Below are positions 23,696-37,830 of a DNA stretch of 64,000 bases, piece after piece. Under the pieces are notes generated by a model. The model searched no databases, was not told where the DNA came from, and saw nothing but the letters and a program-made list of their open reading frames with translations. The translations under genes and the position numbers were made by a program. Each line of letters begins with the position of its first letter. Positions within the stretch are counted from its first letter, which is position 1. The DNA comes from Octopus sinensis (taxonomy: Eukaryota): the NCBI RefSeq assembly GCF_006345805.1, contig NC_043010.1, positions 30,876,001 to 30,940,000 on the forward strand, given 5' to 3'.

Positions 23696-24539
23696 TAATT
23701 TTTGCATTTGATTTGCAAGATTCTTGATGTGAATTCGTGTGTTGAAACAAATCTAGTGTCTAGTTAAGGTCATTATGCCAATAAAAATTAAAATAAACAC
23801 ACGCACTGGTTCCATACCATATCACTATTTTAACAACTAACTATTCAATTGATTGTTTTATTTATTGATTGTACAATCAATTCGGGGTTTTTTTCTGTTA
23901 GAGTCCTTTCATAGCTATTCGTGATCTCTTCAATGACATGCACTCATTGTAAAAGGTTTGCTTTGAGTCATTCTGAGAACCAGTCTTATGTGTATATACG
24001 GATGTGTTTGTATGTAGATGTGTGAGTGTTTATTTATGTGCGTACGTTGTGGTATGCGTGTGTATGGGTGTGGTGTAGCCGGTTGTTTTTTTAATAGATA
24101 AGCATCTGTATGTATATTTGCAATGTGTGCATTCTTGTGTGCGTGTGTCTTTCCGTGTATGTGCGTATGTGTACGCGCATGTGCAATCATGTGCGTGTGC
24201 TTGTGCAAGTCTGTGCGTGCGATCATGTGTGTGTGTGTGTGTGCGATCATGTGTGTGTGTGTGTGCACGTGGATGTGTATGTGTGGTTGTATGTTCATTT
24301 ATGTGTGTTTTTGTGTGTACATACGTATGCATGGATGTGTACAGTTGTGCATTGGAATGTCCATAATTACATGTATTTATCGTTATGAATTTCTGTGTAT
24401 CCTGCTGTCATAAAAATATTGTCCTATATACCTACCTATACCCTCTCATACCCTGCCACCCACACGGCCGCACACACGTACGCACACACTTGTATATATT
24501 ACGCATGTGTTGCGTAAATAGAGGCAGTAGTGTAATTGT

Positions 24540-25320
24540 TCTATTATAATGTACACTGTCTATTTAGTATTGGCATTGTCTCACGTATGCATGTCTCGTA
24601 ACGGTGAGCCTCTTGACTGTTTAGACGAGATTTTGAGATTTCGGTTCTAATTTGATTCAGAATGCCGCTGTGTTGATTTTTGCCATGTTGGTAGAGGATC
24701 GACGACTGTTTCTTGTCATTCTCGTCGGTGTTCATTTAGCTTGTAACGGCGTATTGATTAGTAAACAATATTATGAAATGTCGGAGTCAGCAGTTGTAAC
24801 GATAAAGATTTGCTGTTATAATTGCATGTTGTAAGATGAGAAAGATGAACAATGCATGAAGTTTTAAGAAAGTATTTATTTACCGTTACGTCGTAATACC
24901 TTGTCTCGACGGGCAGGTTGATAAATCCAAAAGCATGCGAAAGTTAGAAGCGTTAGAGTGTTTGAGCTTGGGTTCTCTTCATTGTTTAGTAGTAATTGCT
25001 GAGACAGATAGAATGATGTTGTAAGAGAACAGAATTAGGGTTAGAAAGAATTGTAGGGTGTTGTCTCAGTTGCTTTCTCCCTCTGACCAAGGTTGATCAG
25101 CCAGACCTCGTTGAGTCGTCACCGACTGTGACTAACTGATTTTTGCTTGGGATGCGCTGGCTTATATAACTATCCAGAAGGATAGATATACTATTGAAAA
25201 CAGTATATTTAGTTGGTGGTCTTGTTATCTCTCTTCTAGCTTTTGGTGAAGTAGAAGAGGTTAGAAAGAGTCAAGTGGTGAAAACATTATTTCGGCCTAG
25301 CTAAAGGCATCTGGAAGATG
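24540..25320 (-). mobile_element. Decayed PLE fragment (GIY-YIG C-terminus and terminal region)
   Basis: KLNEHRR..SSILYQH..EA..CIRETMPILNRQ; degenerate AGGCCGAAA hammerhead-like remnant near 25290. Confidence 0.5.
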
Positions 25321-25659
25321 TAAAACTGCTGTCAGAGAAAATCCATTGTTCCATCGAAGGAAAAGCTCTGTAGCAGTGTTAATTTAAATTTGGCTGTGGT
25401 GGATCGAATCGACTTTATGCTTGCAAAATCCACTACAAGCTTCTCAGGTAAACTCATGGAAGTCTCCAAAATGTATGCTGTATTCTGGTCCCAACAATCA
25501 CCTTCCATACATTTTATATGGCAGACTACATTCCTGGTCTTACAGTTAATACAAAAGTTAAACGTTATCATACATACATACACACATACACACATACATA
25601 CATACATACATACATACATACATACATACATACATACATACATACATACATACATAGAG

Positions 25660-25915
25660 GAAATCCACTCCATAAATATCAAAACCCGCAAAAGCCTGAC
25701 AACAGCTAGGAACCTCCACAGAAACAGTGATGTTGACAGGCTCTATCTAAGAAGAAATGAAAGTGGTAGAGGCCTGATATCAGTGCAGACGGCTTTTGAA
25801 TGCCGTATGATATCACTCAAGCAGCACTTGCTAAACAACAGCAGCAAAAATAAATATATTAATGCAGTGCTGAAAAGTGAAGTAACATTGTACGAGTTGG
25901 CTGTGAACTCTTCAA
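25660..25915 (+). mobile_element. R4-type RT thumb fragment
   Basis: INIKTRKSLTTARNLHRNSDVDRLYLRRNESGRGLISV, homologous to the thumb region of the element at 2277-5945. Confidence 0.7.
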
Positions 25916-26589
25916 GAAACACTCTCTTCTTTTATAAATTACGAAATGCAGTTTGTGCCCGGACGAAATATTCTAGATACCAGTTATTAAATAGCAGTAA
26001 GGAATCAGCCCTAAAATGTACGCACATTCACAGAAAATCATTTGAATATTTCCCTAGATAAGATTTTTAATTCAGTAAATACCACGGAGATTGAAGAAGT
26101 TGGGGTTGGTAAATATTAGTACAATACGTAGTTTGCCTATATCCTAGCAGTAATTCTTCTCCAAATAAATAGTACTCTTGGTATGTAAAACATCACATAT
26201 AAAATAATTTATTTTCTGTTCTATATTCTATAAGATGGTTTCTACATGTAAATTATTTTTGACTTAGTGACCTTTACTTGTACACATCTATCTCTGAATT
26301 ATTTTCCTTTTTACTCCGATTAAGGCTAGTGGACGAGAAACACAAACCTAATTTGGGATCTGGTATTTACGATTCGAATTTCAAATCTTAGGGCAAACAG
26401 AGGTTCATCGTGATGACCGTTTTTAAAGCTGTATCAGGTTTCTAAATGTTCCTCTCTAATTCTTTACACTGAAAAAATACCATCTCCTACCAACTATAAC
26501 ACTAGCTAAATCAACATATTTTTAGTTCGCTTCAAGCCACAGCAGTGTGCAACACCCTGAATAAAGCTGCATGGACTCTGCGATGAAAG

Positions 26590-26990
26590 TAGCTCAGACA
26601 GTATTTTTTAACACTAGTGCTTTAGCAAAATCCTCAGGCTGTGCCCACGTGGAATAACAAGCTAAAAACTGGACGATGAGATGAGAGAAAAAATGAGAAA
26701 AGGGGAGAAGGAAATAGATGTAAAAGGTAGAAGGTTGAAAAACCGGAAAGCGAAGAAGAAAACAAAGAAGCAAAAGGGAAGAATTAGTTAGGTCCCCTTT
26801 GACTGTAAATTCATAAGGCTGCAAGCATAGTGGCCCAAAGTCTGCGTTACAGCTGTTCAATCCAGAGACAGTGATATTTTCCAATTTGCCAACAGGAATT
26901 TATCCATATATTTACAACTGTTGATAATTTCAGATCTAGAATTCAGCAGTGTGGTAGAGCTCTTAGACCTGAAAAGGGCTTGTGTTCTTT
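26590..26990 (-). mobile_element. PLE 3' end remnant
   Basis: TTLLNSRSEIINSCKYMDKFLLAN resembles the LLNxRxExxxxCxH end of the PLE GIY-YIG domains elsewhere in the window. Confidence 0.6.
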
Positions 26991-27224
26991 CAGTGACACA
27001 TAGCTAACTTTTTTTTGGTCCGTTGACATATGGTGTGGATTTTTCAACTATTTTCTACTTTATTGTATGTATGTATGTATGTATGTATGTATGTATGTAT
27101 GTATGTATGTATATGCACCACACATTTATAGATTGACTGACGGACAGACAAACTGGCAGACACATAGATGGCTGGCTGGATCGATATGTATGTGAGTATA
27201 TATATATATACTATATATACATAC

Positions 27225-27337
<113 letters not shown>

Positions 27338-27738
27338 CATATATATATATATATATACACACACAAATCTATCAGCAATAGAGGAAATATTTAATGACCA
27401 TGCCGCCTATTACAACCAAGCACTTACAGCTAGCGGCCTCTCACTAAAAATTACATTCTTATCTCACACTAGACTTTAAAAATATCTATCACAACTACAT
27501 TTCAAGCCGACATCCTCAATAACAAGAATGCAACATCCCCCGCAGTTGACAGAGATACTCAACCTCCCATAAAGAACCATAAAGAGCGTAAAACGCGGCA
27601 TATTTATTCACCTCCTACACACCCATATAATACTCATGCTAAAATACCAACTCCAATTAGAAAAAATGATTACGCACCCCCACCCCAGATTACCCAATAA
27701 AAGCAGACGGAAAACAATATAATTTGGTATACTACCCT

Positions 27739-27773
<35 letters not shown>

Positions 27774-28247
27774 TACACATGCACACACACACACATACAC
27801 ACACAGTTCTCTTTAAACGTTAAGTGCTCAGCCTGGCTCTTTTTCGACATCATAAATTCCAACTTCCCTGCTACAATAAGTACCATTCTATCTTTAACAG
27901 ATCCACTCTCAAATTATCCTACTCTTCACAGCCTAATATTGAATCTATCATAGCCTCATCAAACAAACACAAACTTAATAAGTGTTACCAAAATAACAAT
28001 TCTAAGGAGAATATTAAATATGAATATAATAAATGTAATAATATTGATTATAACAGTAGGAGTAATAATAATATTAATATTAACCTTAACAGCAGAAACG
28101 ACAATAACCGTAATACCATCATTGACGAGAACTGTTTTGAGGATAGTTTCATTACTTTGGCAAACAGCCGTCCTAATGAAAGTAATAATTACTGTTATAA
28201 AACAATTAGCAGTACCATTAATAATATCGATAATAAGGATAATGCTA

Positions 28248-28269
<22 letters not shown>

Positions 28270-28286
<17 letters not shown>

Positions 28287-28460
28287 GTCCTTTCTACTAC
28301 AGACACAAGGCCTAAAATTCGACCCCAGTGTTTCGTTGGTACTTAATTTATTGCCCCCGAAAGAATGAAAGGCAAAGCTGACCTCGGCCGAATTTGAACT
28401 CAGAACGTCAGAACGGACGAAATACTGCTAAGCATTTTGCCCAGCATGCTAACGATTCTG
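28270..28460 (-). mobile_element. OK-type SINE
   Basis: Reverse complement of GCAGAATCGTTAGCATGCTGGGCAAAATGCTTAGC...TTCAAATTCGGCCGAGGTCAGCTTTGCCTTTCAT. Confidence 0.8.
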
Positions 28461-28461
28461 C

Positions 28462-28500
<39 letters not shown>

Positions 28501-28501
<1 letters not shown>

Positions 28502-28998
28502 GTGTTATCGTGTAGATTGTTTTGTCTTGGTATAAAAGATGGGCTACAGCAAATATTCTGCTCAATACCACAGATTTGCTTGTCAGTTGTTTGACCTTAA
28601 CCAGTTGAGCATGTCCCTTAGTGGCTGACGATATGTGCATCTCTGATCACGAGCAGAAGTAGTGGGGGAGCATCATAGCCATGTGTTGAGAAGGATTCTT
28701 TGGGGTTTGAATAATTCACCTCTGGAAACATGGGTGGTTCTTTCAACATCCTTAAACAACCCTTATTCAGAGACCTTTTGAGCGGGATGGGCTACTCAAC
28801 CTGAAGAAAATTCTAACTGGGCCCCTCCTGCAAGGTTATGTGCTGTTTATCTTGATATGAGATCACCATGTCGCGCACATATGGTTGTGATGCATGTGCC
28901 TGGTGTACCCTTATCAGACGGGTAGTCATGATGGGTATATTGGGCTTCGTATATTTTACCCCCAGTGTCACTTTGATGGCATGCACTGCTCTCTCACT
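28501..28998 (+). repeat. Unclassified dispersed repeat with (AAT)n tail, probably a LINE 3' end; second copy at 47933-48345
   Basis: Two diverged copies share CAAATATTCTGC..AATACCACA..TTAACCAGTTGAG..GAAGAAAATTCTAACTGG; both start right after AAT/AAC repeats. Confidence 0.75.
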
Positions 28999-30394
28999 CA
29001 ATAATAATAATAATAATAATAGCAGCAGCAATACGTCTAGTACCAACCAAAATAATAGACTTTGAGGCAAACCAACGGCATACTACTGCCCTTAATCTTT
29101 CCCATGAATCTAGATATCTATGATCTCATTTATTAAGCAATATATTATAGGTACAAACGATATTGATAACAGTGAAAACGCTGGGAACGGACTGAGTGGA
29201 ACTACTCTAAACCCTAGCGTGCCCTCTAATAGTACAGCATCCATTCCATATACGGGTCTAATTGCAACTGAAAATCTAGGAATGAATGCCCTTTGCAAAC
29301 TCATTGTAGAAGGTTTAACGTTTTCTGCAAATGTTCATAACACACTTCACAATTCTACTAGGTACTATATAAGATCTACAATTATTTTCAAGCATCAAAT
29401 TTCGGCCCATTTAAATTTGTCTAAGTATGAAGAGTATAGCAAGTCTACCATTCTAGCTGACCACGTGCATTACCTTAATAAAATGAAAATTCCTTAAAAT
29501 ATATCCTGGTCTATAATTGATTCAGGTCTCCTATACCTGGGCCAGCGCACTACTTGTTGACTATGCATAGAAGAATCCTTACACACATTGTTGCATAACC
29601 CTACACTGTTACTTAATAAGCATCACGAAGCATTCTCCACCTGTACACACAATCCTACAGATTTTTCCATAGATCTAAGGGTAAAAAGCCAACGCTTCTG
29701 ATTATCACTAAAATCTGACTTAGACATTTTACTTATCCAACACTTCCACATACATAACCGTTTTTACCGTTATTAAGTGAACAGCATTAAACCTCTCCTT
29801 GGGACCATAGTTCCTCTGCAAGCCTCATTAACAATGTATCTTCATTACCGCTACGGACACTCATTTTTAATTTTAATCTTCATTTTAATTTTAAGCATTA
29901 ACTTAATTTTAATTTAATTTTTTATTTATTTTTACTTATTATTTTATTTTACTTTTATAACATTATGTCTTAACCTTAGTTTTTTTTTTTTATTCCGCAA
30001 ATCTTAAATCTTTTCTTTACTAGTTGTCATCTATTTCTAGCATTTCTTAGTGGCTAGATAACCCTACGTATCCACACACCCCACCGAGTAAAATTTGACC
30101 ACCCGCTATAGATTTCTCTATTATCTTTCTTATGTCCACTTTATTACCTAAAATCCCGCTCCCATTGATACCCTCCCCTGTACTTATGGCATCTGCCTTA
30201 TTTTTCCATTATCTGTCGGTTTTTACATTTGCCCCACCCCTTTAATTTCTTTGGATGGAAATGCCAGTTTACTAACTCATTGCACTCCCTCTAATTTCTC
30301 TAGACAAAAATACCCCTCAATATACTACTTAATATATACCTACTATATACCTATTTAGTATATACCTACTATAATGCCCTTATTTATTTATCTA

Positions 30395-30622
30395 CCTATT
30401 TCTTTACTACCCACAAGGGGCTAAACACAGGACAAACAAGGACAGACAAACGGATTAAGTCGCTTATATCGACCCCAGTGTGTAACTGGTGCTTATTTAA
30501 TCGACTCCGAAAGGATGAAAGGCAAAGTCGACCTCGACGGAATTTGAACTCAGAACATAACAGCAGATGAAATACCGCTAAGCATTTCGCCCAACGTGCT
30601 AACGATTCTGCCAGCTCGCCGC
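30395..30622 (-). mobile_element. OK-type SINE
   Basis: Reverse complement of GGCGGCGAGCTGGCAGAATCGTTAGCACG...GAGGTCGACTTTGCCTTTCATCC. Confidence 0.85.
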
Positions 30623-31131
30623 CTTATTTATTTATCTACCTATCTTTCTCATACTAGAATGTATTATTTATTTTTCTCCCTTCTCTCTGGACTGAATACC
30701 CCACGATATATCGAACAGTATATACCTAATAAAATGTTCTTACCTATTTATCTTTCCTCCCACCAGAATGTATCATTTATTCCTCCTCTTAGTTTTCGCA
30801 AAACTTTGGAACTGCTAGACTGAATGCCGCTCTATATACTAAATAGTATATATATATCTCATACAAACCTCTTACCTATCTATCTTTTCTCTCATCAGAA
30901 TGTAGTTTTATTCCTCCTCTCAGTGTTTGAATAACTTTGGAATAGGAACTGCTAGCAGTTCCCTCAATATGTAGTACTTCATAACCATTCTTTCTTTCCT
31001 CTCACTATGTTGTATTACCTAACCATCCTTTCTGATTTTGAATTTACCTAAAGAAAACCCGATCTAACGTGCCTGTGTGTGTTATTCGTTATATTAATGA
31101 AAAATATTTTTCTTCCTTCCTCTTGCTTTAG

Positions 31132-31182
31132 AGAAAGTAGTCTTGTGGACTGGGTCCAGTGATTCCAGTACTGCAGTTATTG
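31132..31182 (+). CDS. SLC16 family gene, 51-nt exon
   Basis: cttccttcctcttgctttag|...|gtaagc; phase 1-1; gives EKVVLWTGSSDSSTAVIG, which aligns residue for residue with the usual GxLxDxTGSYxxxFxxAG. Confidence 0.8.
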
Positions 31183-33154
31183 GTAAGCTAAGTTGATTTG
31201 TTATTTCAATTCTTCTGTTTGTCTATTTCTATTTTTAAATTTTTCTGTCACTCACATACCATTCTCATTGTTCGTTTGTCTTTTTCCTTTATAACATGAT
31301 TTGTAAATATTTCATTATCACTCAATGAATTCATCATTGATATCCCATATGTCTTTTAAATCAGACAAATGAAATACATGTGTGTGTGTGTGTGTGTGTT
31401 TCTGTGCGTACGTGCATGTGCTATGCTGTGTGATGGAGGCTAATGATACGATCATGAAGGAGAGTGACACTACGTCGCGGGAAAATGTTAGTCTTTACAT
31501 AATAAATTTGCTATTCCAATTTTACAGTCGATTTATGTAGATGCAGACCATCACATATCTACAAAACCCTAGTGAATATTGATATTTAAGGTGAAATATA
31601 TTTGAGAAAACAAAATAAAATTTGTTGGGAGTCAATCGTAGGAAAATTGTCTTTAAATTATCTTTTTTCTCTATTTCTTTCACTTTAGATTGTGTATTAT
31701 TCTAAGCTTATATTATTCCCTTGTCATTAGCCAGTGCCCATCCATTTCCCACTTTCATATTATTCAAAATATTTTGCTATTACTCAGAGTCAAAATGCTT
31801 ATTAGTATCTGGACATTATTGAAAGGTTAGCAATATTCCTAGAAATCGATCTATTGTTATACAATATCTAGCCATTGTCCTTTTTCCAAATATTGCGAAG
31901 CATTTCCAGATTACCTGATATCTAACTATATCTATGCAAAACTCAGATATTCATACTTAGTTATCATCTCAGCTATTTACCCAACCCCTAAATACTAAAT
32001 ATTACTTCTAAGTGACTTATTACTCCGCGCAGTTATTTTTTCAAATATCACTCCTAAAAACATCTTGAGAAATCATTTATTATCCAGACCTGATATAGAG
32101 GGCTGCCAAACCAAATGAAGATCACTATCAAACTCTTGTATGAACGTCTAATAATATTATCCAATTGCTATTTGTTGTCAGTCATTTTCAAACAGATGGT
32201 ATTTATATTTCTATTAATTTTACCGTAATGTATTGTACAGATAAATATCATTGCCTGTTTAAACACCCAGAATGCTATAATACTTTGTGTCTGCCATATC
32301 CGTATGTTTAAGTACTTCCTTTCTATTAATCCCTGTGCATCGACAGCTTTACATGTTCATACACATGCGGTCACACACGCACACACACACACATGTATAT
32401 ACACACGTGTCATGTACATATGGGTAAATGTGTACAATGGTAAAATCCTTTCCATGATTATAAATTGCACTGGATCCAAGCGTTTATCCCACTTTGTGCA
32501 AAAGGTCCCTACTAAACGTCGCTAACAATCCAAACTTATTTCAGTTTGCCATCATACGTATTGTATAGTGAAACTGTACCCCCCTCCCAGTAAAAAGTGG
32601 TAGTAGCCAGCCATTAGCCGGTCGACAGAGAGAAGGTTAGAAGGTCGAGGGTACGCGTAGACTGTGTTGATAGTCGTGTCTATGCTGACATAGTAATTAT
32701 ACTGTGATACTGAGTGGACGTTATGTCGATCCAACCTTTCGAGGATAATAACACTGTACGACTGGGGGTCGTACAGTGCCAGATAGAACCATTCTATCGA
32801 CTTTGGAATATAATAATAATATCTGTCAGAGCAACAGCTGTCGTCAAAAGACAGATACAAAATGGATTTTCAAATAGGAAATGCTTTACATGTCTATTTA
32901 ACGAGTACAACTTTGCAATTCCTATTAGTAAATGAAAAACGTGTAATGGTGAATAAATAATACCAATAAATTCCATTTTCCCGTTTTGTTGTATAATAAT
33001 TCCGAAAATAGTATTTCTATAATTCTCAATTTTAATTACTGTGACCGCATATTGGATTGTAATAATGGAATAAGCAGATGAGCTTCAAGAAGAAACGTTT
33101 GGGATTACCTAAACTACCAATACATATAGTGAGAATTTACAAACACACATACAC

Positions 33155-33244
<90 letters not shown>

Positions 33245-33266
33245 AGCATACATATAGCTACATATA

Positions 33267-34035
33267 CAGCGGTTGGACAAAATAATGGAAACACATCATC
33301 GCATCATAATTATGAAATATCTATAAAACCGTCAAAAGCTTCTTTATTTTTATGTTTTTTTTAAATTTATTATTAGTGTTGGTTAACATGTTTTGCTAAA
33401 ATTGCTGTTTCTTTTCAGATATCATTAGAGAAAGGTAATTAAAATTCATTAAATTGACAGGTCTATCGGACTTTCAAAGAGGTCAAATTGTTGGTGCTCG
33501 TATGGCAGGCGCTAGCGTAACGAAAACAGCCGAAATGTTTGGTATATCAAGAAGTACTAATTCGAAAGTAATGACAGCCTTTGAGAAAGAGGGAATAGCC
33601 TCCTCGTCAAAACAAAACTCCGGAAGAAAACAAAAACTTTCAGATAGGGACCGTCGGACTCTTACACGAATTATTAGAAAGGATCATAAAAGTACAGCTC
33701 CCAAAATTAATGCAGAGCTGAATGATCACTAAGAGAACCCAGTTTCCACAAAAACTGTTCGCCGGGAGCTGCACAAAGCTTGATTTCACGGGAGGGCTGC
33801 AATCAGAAAACCACTACTTTCAAAAACAAACGTTGCAAAGCGTTTAGAGTGGAGTAAAAACCTACAGAATTGTTCCCTAGAGCAGTGGAAGAATGTTATT
33901 TTCTTGGACGAGTCATCCTTTACCTTATTTCCGACCGCCGGTCGCGTGTACGAGACAGCCAAAATAAGCATTTGACCTAGATTGCCTTCTTCCAACTGTT
34001 AAACATGGTGGAGGATTTGTGATGATCTGGGGGCT
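33267..34035 (+). mobile_element. Tc1-family DNA transposon, left half, pseudogenised
   Basis: TA|CAGCGGTTGGACAAAATAATGGAAACAC TIR; LSDFQRGQIVG HTH, GRKQKLSDRD, WKNVIFLDES, TVKHGGG; in-frame stops; ends at the Tx1 insertion. Confidence 0.88.
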
Positions 34036-36170
34036 AATTCTTTATTGCCCATTGGGGCCCAAACATAGAGGGGAACAATACAAATACACAATGGGGTCGC
34101 GAATGTTTATTACGTTAAAATGACTATATTATAAAAAGTTATGACATAAAACGGATGGAGACACAAAACAATGGGACAATCCAATGGAGTCGGAGCCGGG
34201 TTCAGCTTCTACCCCGCAAGCCCCGGTGTACCACTGAAGCCTTGCCTTACTTCTATGGCTTATAATCAAGAGGAGTCACTCGTTCTCAACTCCCGCGCCA
34301 CATCCTTCCATCGTTTTCCATATATATCACGCGACAGACACCTCTTCTCCAGTCTTATTTTCCTTTTAAGATGGAAAATTTTAAAAAAACCTCACTAGAG
34401 CGAGACCGGAGATGAAGATGCCTGTCGCTACTCCTTTCATTCTCGTCTTCCAGACCACCTCTTTTGCTATAGCAACCACAGCGAGAAAACAAATATTTCC
34501 TTCTCGATTAAAAGAAGGTACAACAATCTTAATGATTGACTCAGAGGTCCTCCTGGACATGACAGCAGCTGTTCGACTTAAAACTTAGGTTCCGATATTT
34601 TCGGACACTGCACAATCGCGTGCAGAATGGTTTTGTCGTTCTACTCGCACCTTGGGCATGTGGGCAGGCAAGAAGCACCATGCCTTGCAAGTTTATCGAG
34701 AAACGGCAAAGCCCCTCGGTAACATTTCCAGGCCAGAGACTTTTGGAAATTATCCAAAGGCCCCGGCCCGAATGTCTTTCGGAACAGGCTAGCGAGTTGA
34801 GTATCGTCGAGACCCAGAGTCTCCCCCAGCACGTCGTCGCACTTGCCCTCTACCAACCCTCTGTGAAAGAACGAGGTGGAACCCCCGCCGCTGGCATTTA
34901 CTGTGTGAGAGAGGAGCACGAGTGCCTGACGGCACTTGGCTTACTATTCACCCATCCATGGTCTTCGCGTGATCCACGGTTCCAGTTCACGGAAGCTAGT
35001 AAACCTGGGAAGCATCAGTTTAACGAACGGCGACCACACCTGTACACTATACAGGTAGAGCCACATTATAAGTCATTATGTGTGCAGATTGTAATGTCGT
35101 AGTTTTACCGTGTTGTGTGTCTGTCTGAGTGTTTGATGGGGGATTCTAGGTGGGTCTTTTTTTTTTGCAGTGGTGTGTGCTGTGTGGGTATGATATTTTC
35201 AGGAGATGTCCGCATTTTGTCTATTTGCTGTGTATGAGACTTTTTTTTTCTTGTGTACCCTTTTGCGGTGTAACATTTCTTTCCTTTTTTCTAGATACTA
35301 GTCTGTAGTCTTCCTCGGTTCTTTTCAGGTCGTTTTGCTCCGTTTCAGTTGCACCTTGGATCCTCTCTGCCACCTTCTCCACGCTTTCGGGCTCGGTCAG
35401 GATCTCGACATCATTCTTTGGTTCTTGTTCCTTTTGGTGGCACATCAATAAAGATGTGCCCCTTCTGGCCGCAGCCATAGCAAGTTGGAGGTCTCCTCTC
35501 CACTGTAATTGCCAATTTAATTTCTTCTGATAACTCGATCACTTCCGGAATTCGGTTCAAGTTAGTCTGTGTGGCCTGGAACACCAATTCCAGGCCATAA
35601 CCCCACCAATTTAATTGCTGCGACCGCGTTGCTTGTGCAATTGTTTGGTTTTCTTTTGATCCCGAAAGTATGGCTGCTGCAATCCACACTGCTTCTATCT
35701 CTGGCGGGATCCTGCCAACCCTTACTCTTGCGACTCGTTTCCCCAGGCAGGTGGCACTCTTCCCTGCCATTTCTACAGTAACAAATCTCACTTCCTCTGT
35801 ACCGTACTTCTTACCACGGCTGTCGTAGATGACTTCTTTCATTGGTTCGAGACATTTATCAATGATCTCCTCCGGAGCCACATCAATCTTCTTTCGGGGT
35901 GGACATAAGGTCCTATACGTTAGTGTTTTCATTCTCAAGTCTTTAGTTAACTTCCCCGGGGACGTCACCTTCACTTTCGACCCCTCCCTTTCTGTATAAT
36001 GGTAACATTCACTTACGTTAATATTGAGGATCTTGATTGTACTCATTTTCAACTGTGGTACTGTCTTGTTCTGTTTACGAGCCACCGACGCGTAGCTTCC
36101 TGCTCATTCCTTCTCGTCGTCCATCTTCGGCATCCTACTTTCCATCTCGAACGAGAGAATGTACAATAAA
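34036..36170 (-). mobile_element. Tx1-clade LINE with ORF1 and ORF2 C-terminus but lacking endonuclease and RT
   Basis: SYASVA N-terminus and CYGCGQKGH knuckle in ORF1 (35221-36085); then FRKTFGPGPLDNFQKSLAWKCYRGALP..CPRC (34641-34919); 3' end GGGCAATAAAGAAT. Confidence 0.8.
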
Positions 36171-36539
36171 AAACACAAGCTTGCTGAACAAGCTGTTTGC
36201 TTTTGAAAAAACGCAACAAATTAACGATAATAGTAACAATTTTAAGTAGTTCGACGTACCTTCAGCAAATTAAACCACTCAATGATTATTTTCTCAAAAG
36301 TGAGGTGGGGAGTGACAGGCTGGTAAATTTGGGGGCCTTTTATACCCAATGAGTCAACGTTTCGCATGTGCATCATGCTTTTCATAAAGATGCGTTCGTG
36401 AGCATTACCATTTTCACAAAAATTGAGCAAGTTTGAACCCTACATGCAATCCTTGTGCTTTCAATAGAGAGTGTTGTTAGTCAGTGACATCTTCCTGATG
36501 TCAAATTACCTAGAAACGAGATAAAATCCATATAATCTC

Positions 36540-37758
36540 AATATTGTGTGTGATAAATATTCTTTTACAGTGCAACGTTTCTTTTGTAGTTCAATATATA
36601 TACACCAATATATATACACAGCATTTAAATTTGAGCTTCTATTTATTAATTTCGTGTTCTGATAGTACAATAGTCGGACGAGGTTGTATAGTGTGCCGTG
36701 TAATATCGTGCAATCTTTGGGGCTCAAAATACAGCGTGCTTGCTCCCTGAGAAAAAGCGAAAAAGAACGATGGGAAAATTGGAAGTAAGAAAAACTGGAG
36801 TCGAAAAACACGTGAAAAGAGATAGGAGTTATCTCCCATTGGTCCTTTAGAATGATAATTAATAATGGTTGATGTGGTTAATTCGACGGAGAAAATGCGT
36901 GTAACTGTAAGCCTAATCTGGAATGAAACTGGTCAAAATGCTTGCTTTTAGTGAAAATCTCAGATCTAAAATTTAGTAAGTCGATGGAATTCTTAGATTA
37001 ACAAAGTATATCAGTTCTTTTGGTTATACAAAGCCTGCACTTCATTGAGCTATTAACGTATGGTGTAGATCGTTCTACAATCCTGTGCTTGATGCTGTGG
37101 GGTATTATTGCCTTCAGATCCTCCATATGGTGAGCTAACTTAGCTTAGGGTTTTTTTCTTGTCTAGGTGTCGGAACCATCTACGTGTTTGGCATATCTTT
37201 TCTTAAAGCCACCTTCACATAGATCAATAAATTTCTTTTGAGCTTCGTTATTTTATAAAACTGAGATGATCTCAGCTTCGTAAACGACTGAGCAAACCAG
37301 ATATGCCTGATCTAGTAGGCAAGTGTCTACTGAATTCTAGGTAAGTTTTTACAACCGAACTGGAGAACACCAGCCTCACCGGACTCGGAATACAGTCTAA
37401 CAAGCCTTAACAGTTTCCCATCGAATAAACCAAACTGATCATTGTTAATTCGCATTCTAACTGATCAACGAGAAACAACTCCTATCTCCCTTCCCTCCTT
37501 TTTATATTTCTCGTTTCCTTTTTCATTTACTGTTTTTATCGTTCTTTCTTGTTTTTTCCCGGAGAGCAGTCATGTTGTGTTTTGAGCCTGAAACACTGCA
37601 CGATAGGACACAGCACGCCATTCAATCTTGTTCGAATACTGAACTATCAGTGCATGAATATAATAGCAGTTCATATTTAAATCCTATGTATATCAAAGGA
37701 TATTTATCTCTCACAGGATGGTGTATTTTTGTGGATCCCACCAATACTGGAACATTAC

Positions 37759-37762
<4 letters not shown>
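36540..37762 (-). mobile_element. PLE 3' fragment (GIY-YIG) with inverted 5' terminal copy
   Basis: VVYEAEII..KFIDLCEGGFKK..KLAHHM..CRLC..LLN.RSEIF at about 36940-37310; 37478-37715 is an inverted copy of about 36540-36830; abuts (TA)n at 37762. Confidence 0.7.

Positions 37763-37830
<68 letters not shown>

Larger units (their letters stand above)
27368..29720 (+). mobile_element. 5'-truncated Penelope-like element (thumb, Asn-rich linker, GIY-YIG), interrupted by microsatellites, a SINE and a LINE tail
   Basis: LSAIEEIFNDHAAYYNQAL; YHSIFNRSTLKLSYSSQPNI; RYYIRSTIIFK..KSTILADHVH; C..LC.EE..LLNK..STCTH near 29560-29650. Confidence 0.75.

Noticed and set aside
26594-26990. Minus-strand host exon (cttttcag acceptor; ORF with CNADFGPLC)
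   Set aside because: The acceptor frame reads LLNSRSEIINSCK, the end of a PLE GIY-YIG domain.
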